Source of the DNA: Candidatus Woesearchaeota archaeon | Lineage (GTDB): Archaea > Nanobdellota > Nanobdellia > Pacearchaeales > GW2011-AR1 | Direction: 5' to 3' | Length of the DNA stretch: 32,000 nt | Assembly: GCA_964497435.1 (NCBI GenBank) | Contig: CAZCCD010000001.1 | Location: 29,914-61,913, forward strand | Shown here: positions 24,517-32,000 of the stretch, in pieces | Numbering within the stretch: the stretch's first letter is position 1 | Layout: each line of letters opens with the position of its first letter | Notes under the pieces: generated by a model | What the model was told of the DNA's origin: nothing | Seen by the model: the letters and a program-made list of their open reading frames with translations, nothing else | Databases searched by the model: none | Made by a program: the position numbers and the translations under genes

Positions 24517-25659
24517 TCATTTTTCTCCTATCATCTCATAAACTAAATTTGTAACCCTTTCTGTCGCTTTGCCTTCTGTCCTAAATGACGAAGCTTCTTC
24601 AATTAATTCTTCTTCTCTAAATCTTCTATCTTTAAATGCGAGGCTAACTAAATCTCTGCAATCACTAGTCCTATATCCGACAGGAATTATTCCATTAGTC
24701 GTCAAAACAGAGAGATAATCCTGGCATTTTAACCCAGGTTGTAGACTTATTAATGGTTTTTTCATATAAACTGCTTCAAAACCCAAAGTAGAAAATGGAG
24801 TAAATGTTATGTCTGATGCAAGTATTAATTTTTGGGCGTCAATGTCTCTAACAAGTTTTATTTTTCCGCCGGAATTTTGTTCGACATAATTTTCAGCTTC
24901 ATCTAAATCTTCTTTTGGAGCTCTCGGATGCAATTTGGCAACCATTCCATAATCGCTGTTTGACAGGCTTTGAAAAAATTCATTAACTATTTTTATGATA
25001 TCTAAATCCCAGAAACCAAATCTCTCTGTTTCATTTTTCCATGAAGCTGTTCCTGCAAAAAACCCTAACACGTTAGGATTTAATCCTATTTTATTTCTTA
25101 CTTCTTCTCTATCTTTTTTTGTGAATTCTCTCGCCTTAGCTTCAAGGCCATCAAAATGTGGATTACCTGTTATGACTAATCTACTCTCTTCAAAACCCTC
25201 TTTCAACATTTCAGCCTTAGCATATTCATCCATTATAGCAACCTTGTCTGGAAGAAACCTAAACCTTTGCTCAGAATAAATGTCACTAAATCTCTGCCAG
25301 TAATTAGCCCAGAAATCTAAGACAGCTAAAGTAGAAATGCCTCTTTGAGTCGCTGTTAAAGTTAGTGTTTGCTCAATAACCTCTCTATTTTTATCATCTT
25401 GCACACTGGTTCCTGTTAAAACCATGCCTGGATTTTCCTCATTTAAAACTCTTTCCATAGAGCCAAGAGAAACATCACTTAAACCATAATCCATTATTGC
25501 CCTATAATTAATTCCCTCTCTTCTAAAAATATCTTCAGAATATTGATGCCCTATTGCAACAACGTCAACTTTTCCTTCTTCTCTCAATCTTTTAACAACA
25601 GGCACAATCGCATTTGCCCCTCCAGGATGCCATGATGTTGCCAGGATCTTTTTGGACAT
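24517..25659 (-). CDS. putative GT-B-fold glycosyltransferase-like protein
   Basis: 380 aa. An N-terminal Rossmann-like start (KILATSWHPGGANAIVPVV) and the two-lobed length pattern resemble GT-B enzymes. No catalytic motif was verified. Confidence 0.35.
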   Translation of the reverse strand: MSKKILATSWHPGGANAIVPVVKRLREEGKVDVVAIGHQYSEDIFRREGINYRAIMDYGLSDVSLGSMERVLNEENPGMVLTGTSVQDDKNREVIEQTLTLTATQRGISTLAVLDFWANYWQRFSDIYSEQRFRFLPDKVAIMDEYAKAEMLKEGFEESRLVITGNPHFDGLEAKAREFTKKDREEVRNKIGLNPNVLGFFAGTASWKNETERFGFWDLDIIKIVNEFFQSLSNSDYGMVAKLHPRAPKEDLDEAENYVEQNSGGKIKLVRDIDAQKLILASDITFTPFSTLGFEAVYMKKPLISLQPGLKCQDYLSVLTTNGIIPVGYRTSDCRDLVSLAFKDRRFREEELIEEASSFRTEGKATERVTNLVYEMIGEK

Positions 25660-25660
25660 T

Positions 25661-26380
25661 TTATTCTTGTTTTTTTGTTAAAGGTAGAGTATGTTGCCTA
25701 AATGTTTCTCTTGGCGTTAAATCACTTGAAAACCAGGCCCATCCAACAAAAAGAGAATTTCTGAAAACAACCTCTGGTGAATTTTTACTTTTATAACTAA
25801 GACTTGGTGCACCATTCCACTTAACATCTGAAATATTTTTAAAATAGTCATGGGTTTTCATTCTTGAATATTTATGAGATTCTACTAAACTATTAGCATA
25901 AGGGTGGTCTGTCATAGGATATGATGTTCCAATAAGTAAGTGGTTCCAATCTTCATCTCCGCTAAATCCTTCAACTCCTTCAAGAAAGCAATGAATACCC
26001 TCTTTCAATGTAAGACCCCTCAATCCTGTTGGACATTTTTCACGCACTTTACTAACATTTCTCTCTCTGACAAGTTGATCTGTTCTCACTGGTATCCAAT
26101 AAGGTGTATTAGAAAGATTAAAAGTATCACAAGCTTCTCTTAAATCAACAAAAGACCCGCGCCTACACCCAGCTTCTTCAACCCTCTCTCCAAGCTGATC
26201 AATATCAACCCTAGGATCAATAAGAGCAAGGTCAAACTTGCTGTCCAGTCTTGTATAATCAGGTAAAGAAGGAATTGATAAAGCATATTTATCTTTGGCT
26301 AATCCCAAAATTCTATAAAAATCCAATTCAATTAATCTCTCTATCCTGTCTTCTGAAATTTTCTGGGCTTTTACCATCAT
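25661..26380 (-). CDS. hypothetical protein
   Basis: 239-aa ORF. Its stop lies 1 nt from the start of the downstream GT-B-like gene, so the two are probably co-transcribed. Confidence 0.5.
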   Translation of the reverse strand: MMVKAQKISEDRIERLIELDFYRILGLAKDKYALSIPSLPDYTRLDSKFDLALIDPRVDIDQLGERVEEAGCRRGSFVDLREACDTFNLSNTPYWIPVRTDQLVRERNVSKVREKCPTGLRGLTLKEGIHCFLEGVEGFSGDEDWNHLLIGTSYPMTDHPYANSLVESHKYSRMKTHDYFKNISDVKWNGAPSLSYKSKNSPEVVFRNSLFVGWAWFSSDLTPRETFRQHTLPLTKKQE

Positions 26381-26481
26381 TTTTAAATAATAACACCCTT
26401 TATAAAATTACTTCTTTTTCAATATATAAAATATTTTTGCATTACCGAAATCCTTAAATAGAATATTTTTGTGCAATAGAT

Positions 26482-27867
26482 ATGAAAAAAGAATATATTT
26501 TCCCAATACTGCTCATTTTTATTTTTCCATTAATTTCATCTTTAAACCTAACAATAGATAAAGTAAGTAGCGGAGAGGTCATGATTGCTGGTTTAAACAG
26601 GCCAGCTTCACTTGATTTTAAAATTACAAACAACGAAGCCAGTACCTCATTAGAGTTTTACAATCTTGTTGGATTTAGGATATTTCCAGCAGGCAAAATT
26701 CCTATAGATGCATTTGAAACAAAAGAAATAACCCTGGAAATTTATCCTATTGGAGATTTTACATATGAAGGATTTTATACTTTTCAGTATTTCATAAAAG
26801 CCGATGATGGCTCTGAGATTGAAAGAACTTTAACATTTAAAAGAATAAAATTAGAAGACGCCATAGAAATAGGGGCTTCTTCTTTTGATCCTGAATCGAG
26901 TTCTATAGATGTGTTTGTAAGGAATAACGAAAACTTTAATTTTGGAGATATGACTGCTAAACTTTCATCTCCTTTTTTTAATGTAGAAAAAACATTTTCT
27001 TTAGAGCCTAATGAGAAGGAAATAATTACTATATCACTTAACAAAGAAGATTTCAAGCAACTTGTTGCTGGTTTTTACACAATGAAGGCAGAGATTAACG
27101 CAGACGAGGCAAAAGCTGTTCTTGAAACAGGTTTACAGTTTTCTGAAAAAGACATAGTAACAACAACACAAAGAGATTTTGGTTTAGTTGTAAACACAAA
27201 AACAATAAAAAAAATAAATGAAGGAAATGCCATAACTCCTACTGAAACAATAGTAAAGAAAAATATTATTTCAAGGCTGTTTACAACATTTAATCCTGAA
27301 CCAGATTCTGTTAATAGGAACGGTTTTTCTATTACATATACCTGGAGCAGAGTCCTCAAACCAGCAGAGTCATTTGAAGTGGCTGTGAAAACAAATTGGC
27401 TTTTCCCTGTTTTGATTGTCTTGTTAGTTGTTGTGATAGTTGCTCTTGCAAAACAATATACAAAAACAAATCTTGAAATTAGAAAAAGAGTTTCATTTGT
27501 CAGAGCCAAAGGAGGGGAATTTGCACTTAAAGTTCATATAACAGCTATTGCTAACAAACATGTCGAGAAAGTAAATGTAATTGACAGGCTTCCTTTAATG
27601 GTTAAGATTTATGAAAGATTTGGAACAGAGACTCCTTCAAAAGTTGACGAAAAAAATAGAAGGATAGAATGGTATTTTGATAAGCTTGAGCAAGGAGAAG
27701 TAAGGAGTATTTCCTATATAATTTATTCCAAAGTCGGTGTTTTTGGGAAATTTGAACTTCCTTCTGCAAAAGCAATCTATGAAAGAGAAGGGAAGCTTCA
27801 TGAGTCAGATTCAAATAAAGCATTTTTTGTCGCAGAGCAAAGAACAAAAGATTTGCCTGAAGAATAA
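26482..27867 (+). CDS. membrane protein with N-terminal signal peptide, beta-sandwich-like ectodomain and internal TM helix
   Basis: 461 aa. Signal peptide MKKEYIFPILLIFIFPLISS. Repeated FSLEPNEKEIITISL-type strands (CARDB/DUF11-like pattern). TM helix WLFPVLIVLLVVVIVALA. Confidence 0.55.
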   Translation: MKKEYIFPILLIFIFPLISSLNLTIDKVSSGEVMIAGLNRPASLDFKITNNEASTSLEFYNLVGFRIFPAGKIPIDAFETKEITLEIYPIGDFTYEGFYTFQYFIKADDGSEIERTLTFKRIKLEDAIEIGASSFDPESSSIDVFVRNNENFNFGDMTAKLSSPFFNVEKTFSLEPNEKEIITISLNKEDFKQLVAGFYTMKAEINADEAKAVLETGLQFSEKDIVTTTQRDFGLVVNTKTIKKINEGNAITPTETIVKKNIISRLFTTFNPEPDSVNRNGFSITYTWSRVLKPAESFEVAVKTNWLFPVLIVLLVVVIVALAKQYTKTNLEIRKRVSFVRAKGGEFALKVHITAIANKHVEKVNVIDRLPLMVKIYERFGTETPSKVDEKNRRIEWYFDKLEQGEVRSISYIIYSKVGVFGKFELPSAKAIYEREGKLHESDSNKAFFVAEQRTKDLPEE

Positions 27868-27879
27868 GATTTGGGAAGA

Positions 27880-28143
27880 ATGACAATTAACAAAAACGTT
27901 GAATCTTTAGAAGAAAAAAGAGTAGAGAGGCCAGATCCTAAGAAAATGAGTCTTGGAGAATTAGTCTACTACATCTCTTCTGAAGTTAGCATTATTTCTG
28001 CTAAAAGATATACTATGTGGATGAGCCACAAGACATTTAAAGAAACAATTGATAATGAATCTAGAAGATTAAAACCATATATTAATGAGCTAAATATAAG
28101 AGAACGAAGGTATAGGGCCTCGTGTACAAGTACACTTGGATAA
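27880..28143 (+). CDS. hypothetical protein
   Basis: The track ORF starts at TTG 27871. The in-frame ATG at 27880 is preferred. Confidence 0.4.
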   Translation: MTINKNVESLEEKRVERPDPKKMSLGELVYYISSEVSIISAKRYTMWMSHKTFKETIDNESRRLKPYINELNIRERRYRASCTSTLG

Positions 28144-28179
28144 CAAAACTCTTAATCTTAAATAAACTAAATTAGTAAA

Positions 28180-29025
28180 TCACGTTGAAACATCCACATA
28201 AATGGGCTTGCGTTTTTTCTTAAGCACTTTAAATAATAAATATCCAATTCCAAATATGGAAGTAATTACTCCTGCAGCAATAAGATTTGACAGGAGATTT
28301 ACATTATTTTCTTTTTCTTCTTCACTAATCTCTGAATTATTGGCTGTTGTATTTGAAGTGTTTACTTGAGCATTTATAGGTGGTGATTGAGTATTGTTTG
28401 CAGTTGGAACAATCTGAGATTCTTCAACAATTGTCGTATTTGGGGTATTACACACACCTACTTTTATCAAGGCATTGTCTGTTGATGCACCATAAATACT
28501 CACTAAAAATTCTTCTCCACCATAATTTATAATCTGTCCGATGTTATTTTGGTTAGAAAGAAAATATTTCCCCCTTCCTAATAAAAGTTTCACGCTAGCT
28601 ATTCCAGGATATGCTCCTACAGAATCAATAAGAATTAAATCTATACCATCTATATTAGAAATTACTCCTTCTTCAATAATACCTGATTTACTCCCTACAG
28701 AGATATTTGCATCATTTTCTGTTGAGTTTGTTAAATTTACATTTTTCGTTGTCTCATCATAAAAAACAGCCTGGCTTGAAGGTTCAGAATCTGTTAAAGT
28801 TAAATATACTGGATCAACAAACACATCTGCCTCTATTCTTCCTAAAATATCGCTTGAAAAAGTAGTAGCAAGACCTAATTCAATACCATTAATTGCAGTG
28901 CTTTTTCCTAAATCAACTTCTTTTGTTTTTTCATTTAAAGGGTTTCCATCTGAGCAAACATATGCAGAAGATATAAAACTGATTAACAGCACAAAGATAA
29001 AGACACAAATCACCTCTTTTTTCAT
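28180..29025 (-). CDS. secreted protein with C-terminal TM anchor and Asn/Thr-rich stalk
   Basis: 281 aa. Signal peptide MKKEVICVFIFVLLISFISSA. NTQSPPINAQVNTSNTTANN linker. C-terminal LIAAGVITSIFGIGYLLF plus KKKRK. Confidence 0.6.
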   Translation of the reverse strand: MKKEVICVFIFVLLISFISSAYVCSDGNPLNEKTKEVDLGKSTAINGIELGLATTFSSDILGRIEADVFVDPVYLTLTDSEPSSQAVFYDETTKNVNLTNSTENDANISVGSKSGIIEEGVISNIDGIDLILIDSVGAYPGIASVKLLLGRGKYFLSNQNNIGQIINYGGEEFLVSIYGASTDNALIKVGVCNTPNTTIVEESQIVPTANNTQSPPINAQVNTSNTTANNSEISEEEKENNVNLLSNLIAAGVITSIFGIGYLLFKVLKKKRKPIYVDVST

Positions 29026-29278
29026 AAAAACTAAAGGATTTGAATGTATAAAAAATTATCTTTTTGATTTTTTTATTTTATATTGAACCAATTTTATAGC
29101 TAACATAAATACATTCATAAATATATTCGCCTCTCGGCTCATAAATTAACTTAATTTTAACAAATAAATCCATATGAAGTTTTTAACCTGACAATATATT
29201 ATTAATATTAACGTGAGCGTTAAAGCGAACCAACTTGCTTATTCTTTAATTAACAAGTTTTAAAAATCAAGTAATCCT

Positions 29279-29674
29279 CTAAACATCTCTGATTATAGAC
29301 GCATAACCCTCTATCTCATCTTTTAAATCAGCTATTTCTTCATCTCTTTTTGCTATCTCTTCTTCTTTTTGTTCTAGCTCTTCTTCTCGCTTTTCTTTAT
29401 CTTCCTCACTCAGAAGATTGTATCCTGTTTCAGAAACCTGTTTGACAATTGATCCCAGATTCCTATAACATCTTATTAAATCTACAGCCCATTCAGCTTC
29501 TCTGCCAAAAGGAGTCTGAGAACCTCTCAAAATATCATATATTGATGCCAAACTCTCCAGAATCTTTCTAGAATCTTCAGCCCCACTTAATTCTTCTAAT
29601 CCACTTAAGTATTTTTCTCTTTCAGAAAGCGCAAGTTCATATCCTGCTTCCGGATATGGAAGTTCATAATCCAT
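29279..29674 (-). CDS. acidic coiled-coil protein, unknown function
   Basis: 131 aa. The C-terminal half is EEDKEKREEELEQKEEEIAKRDEEIADLKDEIE. Confidence 0.5.
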   Translation of the reverse strand: MDYELPYPEAGYELALSEREKYLSGLEELSGAEDSRKILESLASIYDILRGSQTPFGREAEWAVDLIRCYRNLGSIVKQVSETGYNLLSEEDKEKREEELEQKEEEIAKRDEEIADLKDEIEGYASIIRDV

Positions 29675-29769
29675 TATTATTTATGTTTACATCATTTTAT
29701 AAAAATTTATCTACTCTAGAATATACTAAACAAAAACCCTTAAAAAGCAGTTAATTCTTTTTATTTTAT

Positions 29770-29914
29770 CTCCTCATAGCTCAATGGCTTAGAGCGCCTG
29801 GCTGTAGTTAACTGTAATGCTAAGATAAATGTTTCAGAAGATATTAAATAAAGCTCGATAAATAAAAGGTTCAACAGAACCCGGGATATCCCAGTTCGAT
29901 TCTGGGTGGGGAGA
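29770..29914 (+). tRNA. tRNA-Tyr(GTA) with 72-nt canonical (37/38) intron, 29808-29879
   Basis: CTCCTCA-TA-GCTC-AATGGCTTA-GAGC-G-CCTGG-CTGTAG|intron|C-CCGGG-ATAT-CCCAG-TTCGATT-CTGGG-TGGGGAG-A. The C1-G72 pair and A73 are the archaeal/eukaryal tRNA-Tyr identity set. Loop CTGT pairs with intron ACAG, flanked by 3-nt bulges AGT and AAC, giving a BHB core. Confidence 0.85.
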
Positions 29915-30104
29915 TGTTAATGATGATTCGGACATTTCAAGTGCAGATATTATTTATTTGATTAATTATGTATTTAAGGGAGGACCTGCTCCCTATTTAT
30001 TACTGTTGGGAGATTTCAATGGAGATGGAGTGATAACTTCGTCAGATATAATACGCCTTGTTAACTTTGTATTTAAAGGTGAGTCTGAGCTGTCTTGTGG
30101 CTGA
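29913..30104 (+). pseudogene. orphan dockerin-type C-terminal fragment (gene relic, no start codon)
   Basis: Hand translation: [63 protein letters not shown]. It has two DxNxDGxIxxxD-type Ca-binding repeats typical of dockerin. The frame is open only from 29862, inside the tRNA-Tyr gene. It has no ATG or GTG, and the only in-frame TTG would give 49 aa. Confidence 0.6.
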
Positions 30105-30327
30105 ATTATTAAACGATTACTTTTAATTAGGTTCTGGGCAACTAGTAAGAGGATAGCAACTTTTAAATACATTAATTCATTCGTTCTTTTATGAAAGAAA
30201 AGAGGTTGAATAAAGAGGTGGTAACAAAAATCTATATACCTTTTAATGATAATCTTTATATAGTCAATCCAGTGTCTAAAGATTACAGAATTAAACAAGT
30301 AATGTCACTATATAATTAATACATAAA

Positions 30328-30573
30328 ATGGAAGATAAAGAAGTATTATCGCAATTTATTAGTTTTGAAGCAAGTGGTGCTTATATCTCCAAAAATTATG
30401 GATATATACAAGAAAATTTCCCAGATTTGTACATTGCAGTAGAAGATGGTAAAGTGATAGCTAGTTCTAAGGATTTTAATAGGTTAATGGATAAATTAAA
30501 AAAAATGAATAAAGATCCTAAGTTAGTAGTAATAGAGTTTATTCCTCATTCTGGACAAATAGTGCTTTATTAA
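30328..30573 (+). CDS. small DUF5678-like protein
   Basis: 81 aa. The pattern YIAVEDGKVIASSKDFNRLMDKLKK...VIEFIP resembles small archaeal proteins that commonly precede retropepsin-like genes. This is from recall, not a search. Confidence 0.45.
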   Translation: MEDKEVLSQFISFEASGAYISKNYGYIQENFPDLYIAVEDGKVIASSKDFNRLMDKLKKMNKDPKLVVIEFIPHSGQIVLY

Positions 30574-30581
30574 ACTAAAAA

Positions 30582-31037
30582 ATGAGATTTGATTTAGAGT
30601 TTGTGAAAGAACTTGGTAATGAAAGGATCTTCGTTGCTATTGGATCAAGATATCCTCACTCTTTTGGTTTTATTAGAGCTTTAGTTGATACCGGAAGCCC
30701 GAGAACTATTATAAGCGCGCAGGATACACAGAAATTGAACTTACCAATTTCTAATCTCAATAAAGGTGAACCCATAAAAGGATATGGTATGGGGGTTGTT
30801 CCCACCAAATCTATAACCAATTACCCAATTTCTATAAAAAGTAAAGATAATAATCTTAAACATTTTAAAATCCCGGTGGTATGCATAGACTTAACTGCTT
30901 TGAGAAGCTGTAATAAAAGTTTACAAGACAGTGCTTATCAAGCTCCTTCTATAGTTGGGATGGATTTTCTAAAATTTTTACAACTTAAACTAGTAGTAGA
31001 TTTCAAGAAAAATGAATTTTACTTAGAGGAAAATTGA
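30582..31037 (+). CDS. retropepsin-like (clan AA) aspartic protease
   Basis: 151 aa. ALVDTGSPRTIIS contains the D-T/S-G catalytic motif, and IVGMDFL is a retropepsin-like C-terminal motif. Confidence 0.65.
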   Translation: MRFDLEFVKELGNERIFVAIGSRYPHSFGFIRALVDTGSPRTIISAQDTQKLNLPISNLNKGEPIKGYGMGVVPTKSITNYPISIKSKDNNLKHFKIPVVCIDLTALRSCNKSLQDSAYQAPSIVGMDFLKFLQLKLVVDFKKNEFYLEEN

Positions 31038-31052
31038 ATTATTAAACTTAAA

Positions 31053-31124
31053 ATGGCAAGAAAAAGATTGAAGAAAAACAAAAAACGAGGAATGACTAGA
31101 AGAATAAGAAGCAGAAGAAGATAA
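31053..31124 (+). CDS. possible 23-aa highly basic micro-protein
   Basis: Hand-found: MARKRLKKNKKRGMTRRIRSRRR*. 15 of 23 residues are Lys or Arg. It starts 15 nt after the protease stop. Too short to be supported by sequence alone. Confidence 0.2.
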   Translation: MARKRLKKNKKRGMTRRIRSRRR

Positions 31125-31366
31125 ATTGATTTCTTAATGGAATACCTTTGATTCGTCCATATATAATGTATCCCTGTGTATCAAATTGTGTCAAAAAGTA
31201 TTTAAAGTCTAACAGCTTGTAACAGATATGGGAAAGAAGAAGAACACTTTAGAAAAGAAACAGAGAATTAAAGATTTGAAAGAGATAATATTTACAGTTC
31301 GAAGAGATGCGGATTTAAAGAAAGATATTAAAAAGTTAATTCAAGTTTGTTATATCCCTCTAAAAT

Positions 31367-31528
31367 TCAAACCTGCCCAGTCTCGGTAAACTTCTTCATT
31401 AATTTTTCAATTACAACTTGCGGTGCAAATCCTTTCCTACTGCACGATTTAGCAAACTCGTCATAGATTTTTCTGTCTATGTTGTAGTCAATTCTCATTT
31501 TCTGAGGGCCTGGTGGTGTTGCTGCCAT
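31367..31528 (-). CDS. ribbon-helix-helix (CopG/Arc-like) DNA-binding protein (start trimmed)
   Basis: Trimmed to the ATG at 31528: MAATPPGPQKMRIDYNIDRKIYDEFAKSCSRKGFAPQVVIEKLMKKFTETGQV. This fits a beta-strand plus two helices pattern. The longer track ORF overlaps the upstream gene by 53 nt. Confidence 0.5.
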   Translation of the reverse strand: MAATPPGPQKMRIDYNIDRKIYDEFAKSCSRKGFAPQVVIEKLMKKFTETGQV

Positions 31529-31577
31529 GTAATAGACTAAATAAAATGAGTTTATAAATACATTTTTACCTATTATT

Positions 31578-31856
31578 TTACAATCTTCTTCCAAACTGGT
31601 TATAAATTTGCTCATAGACAGAACTAACAACTTCCTGACCTCTTGGTTTAACAGCCATTCTTAAGTATGTTGAAACAACATTCCAAAATCTTTCTTGAGG
31701 CAGTGTTGTGGAGGAATATAAATGTTTTAATTCAGAAACTAAGTCTTCAGGAGTATACTCTAGATCATTAATAAAGGGAGTTATAACTGTTCTAAGCCTA
31801 TAATAATCCATTTTTTGGCCTTCTTTTAGTCCATTCAAAACTTTGTTTTCTAGCAT
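31578..31856 (-). CDS. hypothetical protein
   Basis: 92-aa ORF upstream of the RHH gene on the same strand. Confidence 0.4.
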   Translation of the reverse strand: MLENKVLNGLKEGQKMDYYRLRTVITPFINDLEYTPEDLVSELKHLYSSTTLPQERFWNVVSTYLRMAVKPRGQEVVSSVYEQIYNQFGRRL

Positions 31857-32000
31857 TTGAGATTTACATAGTTTGCATATAAAAACCTTATTAATCCTTA
31901 ACGAGTGAGAAATATTATCTATTAATATTCATTTAAGTGAAGATAATCTTATAAAGGAGGAAATACACAATCATATAAGATGGAAGAATATAAATCAGTA

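Noticed and set aside
12172-28762. Other embedded ORFs: 11734..11919, 12172..12528, 14671..14946, 15219..15587, 17727..17936, 21602..22475 (three ORFs), 23035..23295, 24995..25279, 25614..25796, 25940..26143, 26251..26457, 26784..27056, 27075..27509, 27602..27886, 28541..28762, 28898..29086
   Set aside because: Each one overlaps a longer, better-supported gene, either antisense or out of frame, or spans a promoter region. None shows a recognisable motif.
29993-30298. 101-aa - strand ORF
   Set aside because: It is antisense to the dockerin-like relic and runs into AT-rich spacer. Its translation is low-complexity.
31228-31389. 53-aa + strand ORF (MGKKKNTLEKKQRIKDLKEII...)
   Set aside because: It is below the track threshold, has no recognisable motif, and its 3' end overlaps the convergent RHH gene by 23 nt. 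It is left uncalled.
29915-32000. Integrated mobile element downstream of tRNA-Tyr
   Set aside because: No integrase or transposase is present, and no direct repeat of the tRNA 3' end is visible in the remaining sequence. Only the dockerin scar and the accessory-looking genes support the idea, so it is not annotated as a mobile element.
31980-32000. Possible gene start (ATGGAAGAATATAAATCAGTA) after AAGGAGG at the window edge
   Set aside because: Only 7 codons are visible and the SD spacing is long (~18 nt). It cannot be supported.

Overview
AT-rich, gene-dense archaeal window. Evidence for archaeal origin: a thermosome, TATA-type promoters, intron-bearing tRNAs including a tRNA-Tyr with a C1-G72 pair, and many class III signal peptides. 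It looks like a small-genome DPANN-type lineage, but that is inference only. All calls come from reading the sequence and ORF track by eye; no searches were run.

Left half (1-16.5 kb): a type IV filament supercluster. A + strand machinery operon encodes a membrane/winged-helix-like protein, a TadA/FlaI-family ATPase, two separate TadB/TadC-like platform proteins and a KaiC-like ATPase. It faces - strand genes for at least five short pilin-like proteins and three large proteins (1017, 619 and 561 aa). In the large proteins a pilin-type N-terminus is fused to a vWA/MIDAS domain interrupted by lectin-like beta-sandwich inserts. Two of them are paralogues that share a perfectly identical 158-bp 3' block and a conserved leaderless-type promoter. 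An LMW-PTP gene sits inside the pilin operon.

Non-coding signals:
- A hairpin-repeat family lies exactly on stop codons in the pilin operon (once as a 42-bp tandem array). It occurs again, twice, inside a ~215-nt intervening sequence that splits an otherwise perfect tRNA-Gly(GCC) after the anticodon arm.
- A 67-nt four-helix candidate ncRNA sits in an 885-bp gene-free gap. Its G.U pattern favours the - strand and it has a TATA box at the right distance.
- A GTTCGCTTTAACGC motif recurs just downstream of several stop codons.

Right half: EamA transporter, SPFH protein, surface proteins, thermosome, CBS protein, a GT-B-like gene pair and several hypotheticals. It also holds tRNA-Tyr(GTA) with a canonical bulge-helix-bulge (BHB) intron, directly abutted by an orphan dockerin C-terminal gene relic. 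Downstream of that is a small accessory cluster (DUF5678-like protein, retropepsin-like protease, RHH protein).
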